Assembly (NCBI RefSeq): GCF_006345805.1
Contig: NC_043005.1
Span: forward strand, 101,556,001-101,620,000
Direction of reading: 5' to 3'
Length of the DNA stretch: 64,000 nucleotides
Origin: Octopus sinensis
Lineage: Eukaryota
Part shown: piece by piece, positions 52,030 to 64,000 of the stretch
How the letters are laid out: the number at the start of each line of letters is the position of its first letter
How positions within the stretch are numbered: position 1 is the first letter of the stretch
Notes under the pieces: model-generated
Database searches by the model: none
Seen by the model: only the letters and a program-made list of their open reading frames with translations
Told to the model about the DNA's origin: nothing
Made by a program: the position numbers and the translations under genes

Positions 52030-54290
52030 GACACACTCAGACCACTACTATTTATAGTCGTTTGGTCAAGTCTATAATCGCAGGGGGTGTCGTGACTCTC
52101 GCCACAACATCTCCCCTTTTGAGATTTCGACTTCCATAGGAAACGAAATTAATTTTATCATCATAATGTTTTGTTGTTTTTCTTTCATTCCAATACCTCT
52201 CTCTTATTGAAACTTTGCTTCTTCAGGGAGTTCAGTACATTTTCCGCCTAGGAATTATTTCTAAATGTTCGGTCTGTTTATGTTTTCTGCTACTTCTAGG
52301 CTCAATCTCTTTCGGTGCTGGCACATCGAACATGTCGTAAAACACTTCCATTGGAATTTCGTTCTTTTCCTCTGTATGTCTGATTTTTAATTGATTTAAG
52401 TATCGTTCGCCTTTTATTAGATACATTGTGTTTCCAATTCTTTTAGTCACTACATCATCCTGCCAACTCTCTTTACCGCTTTTGTATACTTTGAAATGTA
52501 CTTTGTCTCCGACATCAAAATGTTTCGTTGAATGTTTGTATATTTTTCATACGTTTTTACCTTTGGCAACAATTTATCGAATATCGATTTAATCTTTTGA
52601 GCGAGCATTAGCTCTACTGGCGACTTGCCTGAACCGGTATTCGGATTAGGCTTGTTATGTACACCCCTAGGAATTTAGTTAGTGCTTCGTCATTTCCTAA
52701 CTCGTTACTTGCTTTTTTTAGCGCTCTCTTGACACTATCTACGAATCGTTTTGTTTGCCCATTTCACTCGGATGGTAGGGCGGGATAAACATGTGCTTGA
52801 TTGCATGCATTTTGCTGAATTTCTTGAACTCACATCCTGTAAATTGTGCTCCCATATCCGATATTATGGTGTCCAGAACACCGCATCGAGCAAATAGTTC
52901 GTGCAGGACAGGAACTTTATTGTTGCCTTCGAAGTAAATTGACTGCACCTACATACTTCCGGCCACTTGGTAAAGCTGTCAATGATGATTAAGTGGCACG
53001 CGCCATTTACTGGCCCACCGTAATCTATACATACCCTGGACCACGGACAGTTCGTCTCAGGCCATGATTGGTATTTCACCGGTGGTGCTTTGGCTGCTAG
53101 TGCACAGCCACTGCGTGATTTTACCAAGTTTTCTATGTCCCGATCCATTGTCGGTCAATGCACGTAACGCCTCATTAAAGTTTTCATTCTTGACATTCCT
53201 GGGTGCCAACTATGAAATTCATGTAATATCCGTTTCTGTAATGCAGTTGGTACTACCACTCTTTGTGCGCACATTAATACATCGTCGCAGGGTGAAAAAT
53301 GGTTCGCATTCGTATTTCTCTTTTGTTTATTTTTCAAGGTTTCCTTTTTATGATATATTTGTCCTCCGCTGATTTACGTTTTATATCTTGTACAGTCTCT
53401 AGCAACTCCTGAATGACATTACACAATGTTTTTTAAAAATGTTTTCTTCAATTGAGCAGTTGAGTTATTTTTACTAGTGTGACAATCATATATTTTTTTA
53501 CAGTGCAGCCTTATGGGGAGGTCCCATACTTCGAAGAACTCTAGCCAGTCCGTACCGAACAGATTTGTTGCATTTTTTTTTTACCACGAACACTTTTGTT
53601 CTACAGGTTTTCCCCTGAAATGTGATATATTCCACATTTCGCCTACGAACTGTAGTTTTTTTTTTACCTGTCACGCTTCGTGCAATTTTTGATATTTTTC
53701 TTAACGTAGGTTTCCCAATTCTTATCCACGTGCCGGTATTAATAATTGAGATGTCACTACCAATATCTTGCTGTAGTTTAATATACACTTCATTTACATG
53801 TACAAGTTTCCTCTTTTTGGTGTCATTTCTACTTTCCGTTGAGAAAATTTTGGGATTTTTTGTTCTGCCTTCCTAACTTTGCTCTGCAATGTGAGCTCTT
53901 GTGTCCTACTGTTTTTGCAACTGTAACATCTTTGCATTTTGAAAGGACAATCCTTTCTGAAATGTAGGGCTCCACACCCGTGGCATGGGCTTGGTCTTGA
54001 CAATTTTTTCGTTTGTTTATACCATCCAGGTCGGCAGGCTTGTACTTTTGATAACTCCTTCTCTCCAATTTTTTTTACGTCCTGGCGTTTTTCCATTCTT
54101 CGATATTCCTCTGCAACTGTCTTCAGGGTTAAACTTTGGTCCGTTTGTTCTATCGAAGGAAGTTACTTGTGTCTTTTTACGACTGGTATCAATGACATTT
54201 CTTGGCACATATTCTAATTACCTGGATATTGTCAAACTCGAAGAATCGGCTAAACAGATAGAAGTATTGTGTTAATTATTTCATTCGGGG
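51726..54290 (-). mobile_element. Ty3/Gypsy LTR retrotransposon relic: partial gag, protease, integrase, PPT and probable 3' LTR; RT-RNase H absent
   Basis: Gag knuckles CHGCGALHFRKDC and CYSCKTVGHKSSHC; protease DIGSDISII; integrase HSWHPGMSRMK, WSRVCIDYGGP, IIIDSFTKWPE, ISDMGAQF, PPYHPS; PPT aaaaggggaga (52110-52120) then TG at 52109. The LTR far end (~51726) is uncertain. Confidence 0.88.
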
Positions 54291-54532
54291 TTACCATTGG
54301 ATAACTACAGTAACTACAAACGCAGTGATTAGAACCGCTATTAACCGCAGTATTCTGAAGTAGCCGTAGCAAGATTTTTAAAATAAACAACTTGGAATAT
54401 GGTTTATACATAAATACAGAAATGCATGCATTCATACATACATACATACATGCATACATACATACATACATACATATATACATACATACATATATACATA
54501 CATACATAGATGTACACACACACACACACACA

Positions 54533-54563
<31 letters not shown>

Positions 54564-54584
54564 CACACACACACACACCACACA

Positions 54585-54855
54585 CACACACATATATTAT
54601 AAAATCCGTTCTGTGTGTGTGTTTGTCTTCTAGGATCTCGGGCATCCTCCATCCGATTGAGCTCAAATTTGATATGTAGATACCGACGGTATCAGGGCGT
54701 GTATTAGTCTTCAAAAAATTACAAAAATAGATTCCAGGTGAGAATGCGATCGATAAAGCCGTGGGAACGTGCATTTGTACGCGCAAGTACATCAGCTGTT
54801 ACGATCGATACTACGCGTACACGAGAAAAGTGCACGGTGTCTCAAAGTTAAGTTA
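54585..54855 (+). mobile_element. Possible degenerate non-autonomous Helitron
   Basis: 5' tatattataaaatccgttctgtgtgtgtgtttgtc is Helitron-like; the 3' hairpin and CTAG are degraded. Confidence 0.4.
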
Positions 54856-54999
54856 AATCAGTGTTTCTCAAAGGGGAGGCCTATGGGATGGTCGGACAAG
54901 TTGTTTTGAGAAAATTTAGTTTAAATGTTTGACAACTCACCACCATCCTTTGGACGGGGGCGTTTTGCTCGTGTATATATATATATATATATATATATA

Positions 55000-55137
55000 A
55001 GGGGATTCTTTTAGTTTCCGTCACAAGGCTTTGGTCGGCCCAAGGCTATAGTAGAGGACACTAGCCCATGGTACCATGCAGTGTGACCGAACCGCGTGGT
55101 TGGGAAGCAAGCTACTTATCACAAGCCACACCTGCGC
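55000..55137 (-). mobile_element. SINE family S2 5' part
   Basis: acaaggctttggtcggcccaaggctatagtagaggacac...ttatcacaagccac. Confidence 0.8.
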
Positions 55138-56115
55138 CTATACACACACACACACATTCTTTTGGTCCCTTTGAATTCTTTCCCCTCTGCCCGCTTCAAC
55201 TCCTCTCCTCACCTAGCATGTGATCGCTCTCCGGTTCAGGCATTGTCGTCCTTTTTCGGCCGGCCGCCTTTCAGGTTGGTCACATCTGCTCTGTTCTGCT
55301 CTGTCCTACCGCCTGGTCTGTTAAGATTCTTTGCCATTTTCCTTGCGCTAGCTTACTACACTCGTCTGAAATCGAAAGACCTCTTTTGCAATTGTAATAA
55401 TCATTTTCCTTTTGTTGTATAGCCGAGGAGTGCTTGTACATTGTATGTGTACAATTCTATTTCATATGTTACGTTCGTCCGATAGTCGAAACACCTTTTC
55501 TGCTGTTTCTTTATTTGCATTCGTATTTGTACATTCGCTTACCTAGGCCCAGTCGGTTTCCAGCAGTATCGGAGATAAGAGGGCGAAACTACGTGGACAT
55601 TCCGGACTGACTGAAGAGGCAATTGGCTGCGAATTATCCGTATATCCTGCTTTGTCTTGTTTGTCGCTGTCATGCTACCGTCCGTTTTACCTCATGTTGT
55701 GTTTTGATGTTTCGTTCGTAGTGTTTTTCTTTTCTACCGTTGATATATATATATATATATATCCACTAGACATGACAGAATAGTATTAGACCCCCTCCCT
55801 CAATAGTAAATCTAAATAGTTAACAAAGTAAAATCAATGATAAGCAGTATCTCCATGAAAAAATATTAATTACTACCATGTTTTTGTTGATGAAACGTGT
55901 TTCGCTGTCTACCTACTTACCCTCTTTGTGATGTTGGTAAATGGAATAAAGAGTAAAAATGAATATTTTCAATTTAGCTAAATTCTATATTTATATGCAG
56001 CTGAAGATTGCTCTACATTTTAAAACTGATGTAATACTTGCATTGTTTAATTAAATGGAGCCGCATGAAACGATCGTACTGCATTACCTTTAGATATCCA
56101 TGTTGCTCTATTTTG

Positions 56116-56151
<36 letters not shown>

Positions 56152-56429
56152 GCACGTACATACACACATAGTACACACTGCACACACAGCACACACATAC
56201 ATAGGGGTTATATATCCATAATGATAGCTACATAGATAAGCAGCAATAATGTATATAGGTGTATAAATGTCTTATTAACATATTTGCTGTATCATTATCA
56301 CATTGCTCTTAATCTTTCGAACAAAGAATGAAGATACTCGCAGACACTGGAATTGGTGCGGGTGCCAAAGTTTGCGTGTACCATTGTGCGTTTGTATGTA
56401 CGTTTGTGCGTGTGCATATGTATGTGTGG

Positions 56430-56463
<34 letters not shown>

Positions 56464-56834
56464 TGAGGTTAAATACATGGGGATAATGGGCGGTAAAATA
56501 TTTTGTTACACAAGGCTGTATAAATGAGTTTCTTAGATTTTAAGTGTTTACACATTCTGAATATATCGGAACGTATTCGTATGGATGTGTGAATAAGTGT
56601 ATGTATATATCTATATATATATGTATATATATTAGTGTGTGTGTGTGTGTGTGTGTAGTCGGGCAGAGATTCCTTTTGCATTTTTGAGCGAAAAACACAT
56701 CTATTGTTAAGTGGCAGCTGAGAGGTTTTGAAGTAAATATCGAATAAAAAAAATATATACCTAAACATGTGATATACAAGTAACGGCAGGCATCTACAAA
56801 TCTCCCCCCATTCTCTCTCTCTCTCTCTCTCTCA

Positions 56835-57150
<316 letters not shown>

Positions 57151-57360
57151 AGTCTATATATATATATATATGTGTGTGTGTTGTTTGTGTGTGTGCGTGC
57201 GTGTGTGTCTATATATATATATAATAATATTATATGCACTGTATGCATGTTATGTATGTATGTATATATATGTATGTATGTATGTATTATGTATGTATGT
57301 ATATGTTGTATGTATGTATGCCATGTATGTATGTATGTATGTATTATCTCTCTATCTAAT

Positions 57361-57419
<59 letters not shown>

Positions 57420-57714
57420 GACTACATATATGTGTGTGTGTAAAGTACAGAAACATACAAACACACCTTGAACCATTTTGTGTGGAATTTAAGAGCATAT
57501 TTTTATGCGAGTCGATGTGTGTGTGTGTGTGTGTTTCGTTACATAAACATTAATTATCTATTTAAGGAATGACAAATGGAATGGTAAAACTGAGAAATTA
57601 ATTTTGCATCGCGAATCAGACAACCTCCACCCTCCGTCTTTCTTTCCGCTCAGCTTTATTCCCGTTTTTGTTGTCGTTGTTACTATTATCAACATCTTCT
57701 CCATGTTCTCCCCT

Positions 57715-57945
57715 GATCATCATCATCCTCACCCTCCTCATCACTATCCTCCTCCTCCTTATCATCATCATCGTCATCACCATCATCATCATCATCATCA
57801 TGATCGTCGTCGTCGTTGTCGTCGTCAACATCATCATCTGCAGTAGCAGCAGCAGCAGCAGCACCACCCCCACCACTAGCACCAGCACAATGGTGATGAT
57901 CATCATCATTATCATCAGCATCATCGTCGTCATCATCGACGGCAA
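57715..57945. repeat. Mixed (CAT)n/(CCT)n/(CGT)n/(CAG)n trinucleotide tract
   Basis: Direct reading. Confidence 0.9.
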
Positions 57946-58087
57946 TTGTTATTTAATTGGAGGAGACAGAGTAATGGTTATGGCACTTTGTAAAATCCCT
58001 CCCATTTCTGGAATGTGGCTTTAGTTATTCTGTAGATCAGATTAGCGCAGGGTATCTATGCGTTCATTCATCATGCTAGAAATAGCA

Positions 58088-58187
58088 NNNNNNNNNNNNN
58101 NNNNNNNNNNNNNNNNNNNNNNNNNNNNNNNNNNNNNNNNNNNNNNNNNNNNNNNNNNNNNNNNNNNNNNNNNNNNNNNNNNNNNNN
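58088..58187. other. Assembly gap (100 N)
   Basis: N run. Confidence 1.
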
Positions 58188-58777
58188 ATCAAAAAATCTG
58201 GCTGGTAATACCTTCCAGATGAGTGAGCAACCTGGAAACAAGGTAAATGGGTTGACTTGCTAAAGGAGACCACGTGTTACCTGGTCCAGGGATCAAACTG
58301 GTTATTTTTATAATTGCGAGCCCAACACTATAGACACTAGTCAATGAGCCTATGCACCCCACCCCCACCCTCTCTCTCTCTCTCTTTCGCACACGACACA
58401 CGGATACATAGACTTGACGATAAATATAGATTCACTCAAAATCACGAATTGTTGAATAACAAATAATATGGTATATTCTACTACAATTAACGAATGGGGG
58501 GAAATATACCTCCACAGGTCGATAAATCAATTTAACAGTGACAAGATTCATCGATCACAACAAAACTAATGTTACTTGACTATGAGTTTCAATTTCGACA
58601 TCACGGATCAATAAACAAAATGGTGAGTGTACCGATTACAGAGATAAACAAAGATTCCTACAAATCTTTTTAAGAAGGTACTAAAACACACACACAAAAC
58701 ACATAAATTCTTTCATACATTAATATGTCAATATATATTAATACATCTGAATATATACATACATACATACATACATA

Positions 58778-58866
<89 letters not shown>

Positions 58867-58972
58867 CATACATCCATATATATAATATATATAATATTCC
58901 ATATAATGAATGGGTAGAGTATTAATAGAACAGACATGTAGAACGTACTGTGTATAATCTAGCAATCATTCT

Positions 58973-59203
58973 TATTTCTTTATTGCTCACAGGGGGCCAA
59001 ACATAGAGGGGACAAACAAGGACAGACAAAGAGATTAAGTCAATTACTTCGACCCCCAGTGCGTAACTTGTACTTAATTTATCGACTCGGAAAGGATGAA
59101 AGGCGAAGTCAACCTCAGCGGAATTTGAACTCAGAACGTAACGGCAGACGAAATACCGCTAAGCATTTCGCCCAGCGTGCTAACGTTTCTGCCAGCTCGC
59201 TGC
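58973..59203 (-). mobile_element. SINE family S1 with ~20-bp target-site duplication
   Basis: tataatctagcaatcattct (58953-72) / tataatctagcaagcattct (59209-28). Confidence 0.92.
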
Positions 59204-59342
59204 TTTGCTATAATCTAGCAAGCATTCTGGTTCATAGGACATAGCCATCAGTCAGGAAATGCGATGGAAAACGTAATAAATATTACGTGAAACAACGAAT
59301 AGAAAATATTAAAGGAAAGGGTGATAAACACTATGGTAGTAA

Positions 59343-59740
59343 GTGCTGTGTGGTAAGTAACTTGCTAACCAACCACATGGTTCCGGGTTCAGTCCTACTA
59401 CGTGGTACCTTGAGCAAGTGTCTTCTACTATAGCCTCCGGCCGACCAAAGTCTTGTGAGTGGATTTGGTAGACGGAAACTGAAAGAAACCCGTCGTATAT
59501 ATGTATATATGTATGTGTGTGTATGTTTGTGTGTCTGTTTATCCCCGCAACATCGCTTGACAACCGATGCTGGTGTGTTTACGTCCCCGTAACTTAGCGG
59601 TTCAGCAAAAAATCTGATAGAATAAGTACTAGGCTTACAAAGAAGAAGTCCTGGGGTCGATTTGCTCAACTAAAGGCGGTGCTTAGCATGGCCACAGTCA
59701 CATGACTGAAAAAAGTGAAAGAGTAAATGAGTAAAAGAGT
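59343..59740 (+). mobile_element. SINE family S2, full length
   Basis: Head, cttgagcaagtgtcttctac body, internal (TA)/(TG) tract, tail ggcggtgcttagcatggccacagtcacatgactgaaa + (GAGTAAA)n. Confidence 0.92.
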
Positions 59741-60954
59741 CGATTTTTTGCTTACTAAAAAACAAAGACTATGCCAAGTGGGAGAAAGGGTAAAGTTCAT
59801 TAAACTGTATATCTAATCCACTGATGGAGGCATTTTCAGTTTGATAACAGAAACTTATCGATAGGCATATGTCTTTTAAAACATCTCTAATCTCGAGCTA
59901 AGATAATCGGTGCAGTTTTTCGATCTACTGATGATGTGAGTTCTTTTAACTACACTTAACCAGCACTTTCTTTTATCTATCTCTGTAATAGTTTATCCAC
60001 TAAATAGTTTATCGTATATTACAGATCTTCTGGCCATAGCAATGGTTTGCTAGCTTTGTATATATTTTGTCGACGTTTTTAAGTAATTTTTGCAGAGTCA
60101 GTATATTTTTTCTTTTCTGATCTACCATCAGGAGAGCAGTACATTATACAAACATAAACACTTACTCACTTACACGCACACACACACACACACATACAAG
60201 CACACACATACATACACACACGCACACAAACAAACGCGCACACACAAACACACACACATTCATATGCGCGATGTGTTTGTATGTGTAGAATATAAGCCTC
60301 TAGGAATTTCATTTTGAAAAAGCTTCATCCGGTTCAGTATGAAATAGACCATGTTCCGGTACATTCGTTTGTTTGGGGCACTTTTACATCTTTCCTTCAA
60401 AGTTGACATATGCAGTTAATCACAGTTGGATTCTATCATTTAGATGTTAGCCAATAAGAAACATAGCTCTCAAAGCATAACACTCTCCAGCGAAAATCTT
60501 AATACGAAGAATGCTCAAGTATATTTGTCTATCAGAAAATGGTTCTTTCGGTAAATTTTTAATTGCATAAACCTAAAAGAATTTATAATTCATAGAGCAT
60601 TTGAGGACAATATATCGAAAAGAATTACTAACTACCGTGTCTACGAGGAACTTAGATGTCAATACATACATACACACACTCACACACGGTTTGCATATCT
60701 ATTCTCAATATGTTCTGGCAGATTCTAACGCAAATGTGCTAGTTGCTGTTGTGCACGTCACAGGAGAACAACAGCATGTTTCAACATGTGTCTCATCAGC
60801 GAGAAGCAACCGGATATTTGAACCTAAATGAACCACTGGCTTTCTTTAGAATTTCAACAAACGAGCTGTTTCTGACCAGTGGTTTTATGTGCCAACCGAC
60901 GATAGTCGTTATTTACACTTTGTATATCACTATATATATATATATATATCTTTC

Positions 60955-61164
60955 AAAATGTGACCTCGTGTGTACCGTTGGCGATCTTTTTCCTCTGTCT
61001 TCCCTTCTCTGGATCTTTCCTTCTCCTATGTTTCTGACTAAGAGCTCCGCTCGAAACGTTAAATCCTCCTTCTTCCCCTCTTTCCTGAGCGTCCAATAAT
61101 ACTATATTTGTTCCACGTCCTCGCGTTGTTGTTTTTTTTTTGTGCTTTCTTGTTTGGATTAACT
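60955..61164 (+). mobile_element. Family A element (HHR-like motif 61030-61064, G8U)
   Basis: GUUU CUGACUA A GAGC-UCC-GCUC GAAA CG UU AAAU; (TA)n on both sides. Confidence 0.78.
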
Positions 61165-61230
61165 ATATCTATATATATATATTATATAATATATATATAT
61201 ATATTATATATATATATAATATATATAATC

Positions 61231-61371
61231 ATTAGCCACTAAACTTTCTGTAGGAAGCGTAGGCTCGAAACTTAAAAACACTTTTTCAATTCCTGAGCGT
61301 TATACTAATACATCTGTTTGTTTTATACACCACCTGTCTTCGTCTTTTCTTTTTATTTCGTGAACTCTCCC
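61231..61371 (+). mobile_element. Family B element, shortened and degenerate
   Basis: ttagccact 5' boundary; CUGUAGG AAGC-GUAG-GCUC GAAA CUUA; tail tcctgagcgttatactaatac...aactctccc. Confidence 0.72.
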
Positions 61372-61403
61372 AATATATATATATGTACAAGTATGTATAT
61401 ATA

Positions 61404-62310
61404 GTCGGAACTCAGTGGAAACAGCTCCCAGATCTGGTCGATCCTTCTGCCATTGATGAGGCATCTGTCCGTCAATTTGAGGCTGCCATTTTGGAAGATC
61501 GACGCATAATTATTCGCCAAATAGCCCATGAGGTCAAGATTAGTACCGGGTCTGTGGAAACTATCATTCATGACCATTTGCATATGCAAAAGGTGTCTGC
61601 CAGATGGATTCCCAAGTTGCTCACGCCTTTCCAGAAGCAAGAACGCGTCGAGTGCTCGAGGGTGAATTTGGAGATGTGCCAAGAAGATGAGTCAAAATTT
61701 TTCAAAAGAGTGATTACACAGGATGAAACCTTGGTCCATGACGATGATCCAGAGACCAAAGCCCAGTCAAGGCAGTGGAAGCACCGTGACTCACCCCCTC
61801 CAAAGAAGGCAAGGGTGCAGCCCTCCGCTGGCAAGGTCATGCTCACAGTCTTCTGGGACCAGGACGGAGTAGTGATGACATATTTCCTGGCAAAGGGTAC
61901 CACAATTACAGGAGCCTATTATGCTTCACTTTTGAGGAAATTAAGAGAAGTTATCAAAATCAAGAGGCGGGGCAAGATCAGCAAAGGCATCCTCCTCCTG
62001 CAGGACAACGCTCCGGTCCACAACTCGCTTGTCGCCAGATCAGAAGCACAGGCGTATGGCTATGAACTCCTCCCCCATCCCCCTACTTTCCTGACCTTGC
62101 ACCCTCTGATTTTCACACTCTTCCCAGCCATGAAGTTGTTTTTGAAAGGAAAGCGTTTCCCAGATGATGCAGCCTTTGATTTTCTGAAGTCACGTTCAGG
62201 CTGGAGGACCAAGCTGGGGTCTTCTACAAAAACAGTCTCCAGAGCTGCATCAAGCAATGGGAGAAATGCGTAACTCTGGGTGGTTCCTATGTAGAAAAAG
62301 CTAATAACTG
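61404..62310 (+). pseudogene. Mariner transposase lacking the first HTH, with frameshifts at ~61442, ~62085/62115 and ~62180
   Basis: The track ORF 61383-62273 takes its Met from the microsatellite and changes frame relative to the transposase at these points. Confidence 0.85.
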
Positions 62311-62381
62311 TGCCAAAGTTTCGTTGCTCTACTGCTATGGGAAGTGGGTCAGGGGCATTACTTATTGAACGCCCCCTCGTA
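61404..62381 (+). mobile_element. 5'-truncated mariner (DD34D) with right TIR
   Basis: WIPKLL, ITQDET, LLQDNAPVH; YFPDLAPSDF in a shifted frame gives D-34-D spacing; right TIR attacttattgaacgccccctcgta; no left TIR. Confidence 0.93.
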
Positions 62382-62388
62382 TATATAT

Positions 62389-62424
<36 letters not shown>

Positions 62425-62584
62425 ACAAAAGGGACATTAGCCATTTGAATGTGCTAGGGACAGGGCAGGGCGGTGGGGGTGTCTGATGCATTTAGCCCCA
62501 GGCGATCATCAACGTCACCAGATAGGCTGACACCCATCACGGTGTCCTCTATCCTTCAAAGGGAGATCATTCCCCGAAGAAGCG

Positions 62585-62645
62585 GATGCCACATACGAAC
62601 CCAGGTTTCGAGGTGTTTGCCTCTCATCAACGTATGGTAGGCACC
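62585..62645 (-). ncRNA. Extended type I hammerhead ribozyme motif (left arm, GUU triplet)
   Basis: Reverse complement of the right-arm motif, with U at position 17 (62598). Confidence 0.8.
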
Positions 62646-62832
62646 GCCCTCGACGAACGACTCTCTGTGCAGGATATTTATATAGATTTTCACGTAAATA
62701 CATTTACTGATTTCGAAAATCTGTTCGACACAATAATAATTCTCTAAACGAGAGATTTTCGAAATCAGTAAATGTATTTACGTGAAAATCTATATATAAA
62801 TATCCTGCACAGAGAGTCGTTCGTCGAGGGGC

Positions 62833-62893
62833 GGTGCCTACCATACGTTGATGAGAGGCAAACACCTCGAAACCTGGGTCCGTATGTGGCATC
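62833..62893 (+). ncRNA. Extended type I hammerhead ribozyme motif (right arm, GUC triplet)
   Basis: GGUGCC-UAC-CAUACG UUGAUGA GAGG-CAAACA-CCUC GAA ACC-UG-GGU C CGUAUG-U-GGCAUC; predicted cleavage after 62880; C3U. Confidence 0.83.
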
Positions 62894-63624
62894 CGCTTCT
62901 TCGGGGAATGATCTCCATTTGAAGGATAGAGGACACCGTGATGGTGTCAGCCTATCTGGTGACGTTGATGATCGCCTGGGGCTAAATGCATCAGTAACAC
63001 CCCCACCGCCCTGCCCTGTCCCTAGCCACATTCAAATGGCTAATGTCCCTTTTGTTATGGAGCAGTTACTGTCTATATCTCGTTTAGAGAATTATTATTG
63101 CTATATATATATATATATTATATATATATATATACATGCGCACACGCACAAAAGAATAGATAGCAGATTGGTAGATTACAGCCAAACATTTTGTGCTTTG
63201 TAAACATTTTTGTGCTTCTGTGTTCTAAACTGTTTGCATGTGATTTTATATAGTTACACGAATCTCAACATAAAACATCATGTCTGATATAAATGCTTAT
63301 ACCTTAGAGTCTGTAAACCCTGGTTCCTCTCACTTTTAATATGAATTTTAAAGTAACTCTTTTGAACCACAGAACTTTTCTTCTCATTTTCTTTTTATCA
63401 AGCTGAAAGTTAAAAAAAAATGAAATCGAATGTCAGATAAAGTATATTTAAAAACACAAAACAAATACCAATAATATCCTAATTGCGTAAGTATTTCAAC
63501 TTTACATGCCTTATCAGTGGGCGATATCTACGATGAAAGATTTATGAGAATCACATAGTTTTAGAGTTCAGTACGTACTGAACACATAGGAATATATGTG
63601 ACTATGTGACCGTCACACCAATAT

Positions 63625-63880
<256 letters not shown>

Positions 63881-64000
63881 TCCTTAAATCCTTAAATCCT
63901 TAAAAATGTTTTAGCCCGAAGGCCGCGGCCATGCTGGGGCACCACCGCTGAATGAGCTACACTAATATGTGAACCCACCTCTGATCCGTGGCTCTTGGTG

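Larger units (their letters stand above)
62423..63057. mobile_element. 635-bp fold-back element: two ~300-bp arms (62423-62722, 62753-63057), 30-nt loop, each arm with an extended HHR
   Basis: Arms are near-perfect reverse complements; TA at both ends; the left end abuts (TA)n. Confidence 0.92.

Noticed and set aside
54290-54420. 5' LTR and primer-binding site of the Gypsy relic
   Set aside because: No sequence matching 51726-52109 and no tRNA-complementary PBS visible.
60768-60810. CUGAUGA-GAC-ACAU-GUU-GAAA-CAUG on the minus strand
   Set aside because: Position 16.1 is C and no stem I forms; at most a relic.

Overview
Repeat-dominated, AT-rich eukaryotic DNA with very dense (TA)n, (CA)n, (TACA)n, (TAA)n and (TATC)n microsatellites and one 100-N assembly gap. 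The SINE families look like those of Octopus (inference, not verified). I can support no host protein-coding gene; nearly all short ORFs in the track are microsatellite translations. Recognisable content: five R4/Dong-like non-LTR copies, each ending in (TAA/TGA)n; a Penelope-like element with an inverted pLTR; an ORF1-only L1/Tx1-like element; a CR1/L2-group 3' end; a Ty3/Gypsy relic lacking RT-RNase H; a mariner transposase and a mariner MITE; a Tigger relic; a hAT MITE; Helitron-type non-autonomous elements; and about 15 tRNA-derived SINEs. The most notable signal is a set of hammerhead ribozyme (HHR) motifs in small elements that mostly sit at (TA)n tracts. Three are extended type I HHRs with Schistosoma-Sm-alpha-like geometry, two of them in a 635-bp fold-back at 62.4-63.1 kb. 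Nine are minimal HHRs with a palindromic ACGU stem III in two ~170-200-bp families, one of which has U at core position 6 in every copy. All folds were read by eye; none has been computed or tested.
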